Source: Octopus sinensis
Taxonomy: Eukaryota
Direction of reading: 5' to 3'
Length of the DNA stretch: 64,000 nt
Assembly (NCBI RefSeq): GCF_006345805.1
Contig: NC_042998.1
Coordinates: forward strand, 158,658,001 to 158,722,000
The notes below the pieces were generated by a model, which saw only the letters and a list, made by a program, of their open reading frames with translations, had not been told where the DNA came from and searched no databases. The first letter of the stretch is position 1. Each line of letters begins with the position of its first letter. The position numbers and the translations under genes are program-made. This document shows positions 63,456 to 64,000 of the stretch, one piece after another.

Positions 63456-64000
63456 GTAAAAGATGAGGAAAGAAGGAAAAGAGAAAAAAGGCAAGTAAAG
63501 AAACAGATTATGGATGTGGTGGAGAGAAATGCAACAAAGCATTTTTGGTACCCACGTTTGGTATGAAAAGATGTAATGGTGTTAGTTGTTGGTGGGAGAA
63601 GAAGATGCGGAAAACAAACCAAAAACTTGAAAGAAACGTGGTGAAGTGGGCGTGAGAATAAATATTAAGAGTGGGGAAAGAAGTCTGTGCTGGTAATGAA
63701 TTGGTTCCTTTGAAGAAAGAGGTAGCTGCATGCAGATACTACTTTAGATGTTAGAGAGAAGATACAAAAGGGGACGGATCTAAGGAAGAAAAAAAGATGA
63801 ACGAAAAAGAAGAGAGGAGAAAAAAGAAACAAAACAAGAAAGAAATAAAGAAACGGAGTAAAAGAGAAAGAAGGAACAAAGAAAGAAATGAAGAGAGAAA
63901 AAAGTAAAGAAAGAAAGGAAAGCAGGAGTAAAAGTACAAAATAGAATGTGGAAAATGTTTTTCTATTGCTTATTTGTCCTTAATATATTATTGAATGGCG

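Overview
AT-rich eukaryotic DNA saturated with microsatellites. The SINE types and repeat landscape look octopus/cephalopod-like (inference). No host gene can be securely called; there is one weak transmembrane exon candidate. The window is a patchwork of transposable elements. It holds Penelope-like elements (PLEs) of at least three lineages, including a 5'-truncated but catalytically intact Neptune-type RT + GIY-YIG ORF at 10762-12560; five R4/Dong-like RLE-type LINE fragments plus a ~560-bp non-coding repeat, nearly all in (TAA)n; a young Tx1-type LINE between (GATA)n tracts; RTE, RTE-X and L2/CR1-like remnants; two Helitron-like families, one as a head-to-tail array; a TTAA-flanked MITE; and many tRNA-derived SINEs. 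The most notable hidden layer is about a dozen type-I hammerhead ribozyme (HHR) motifs in PLE-type pseudo-LTR (pLTR) or tail units. They show palindromic stem III, compensatory stem changes between diverged copies, a family-wide non-canonical CUGUNGA core in Neptune tails, and two head-to-head inverted HHR pairs. All calls come from reading and translating by eye, and remnant boundaries are approximate.
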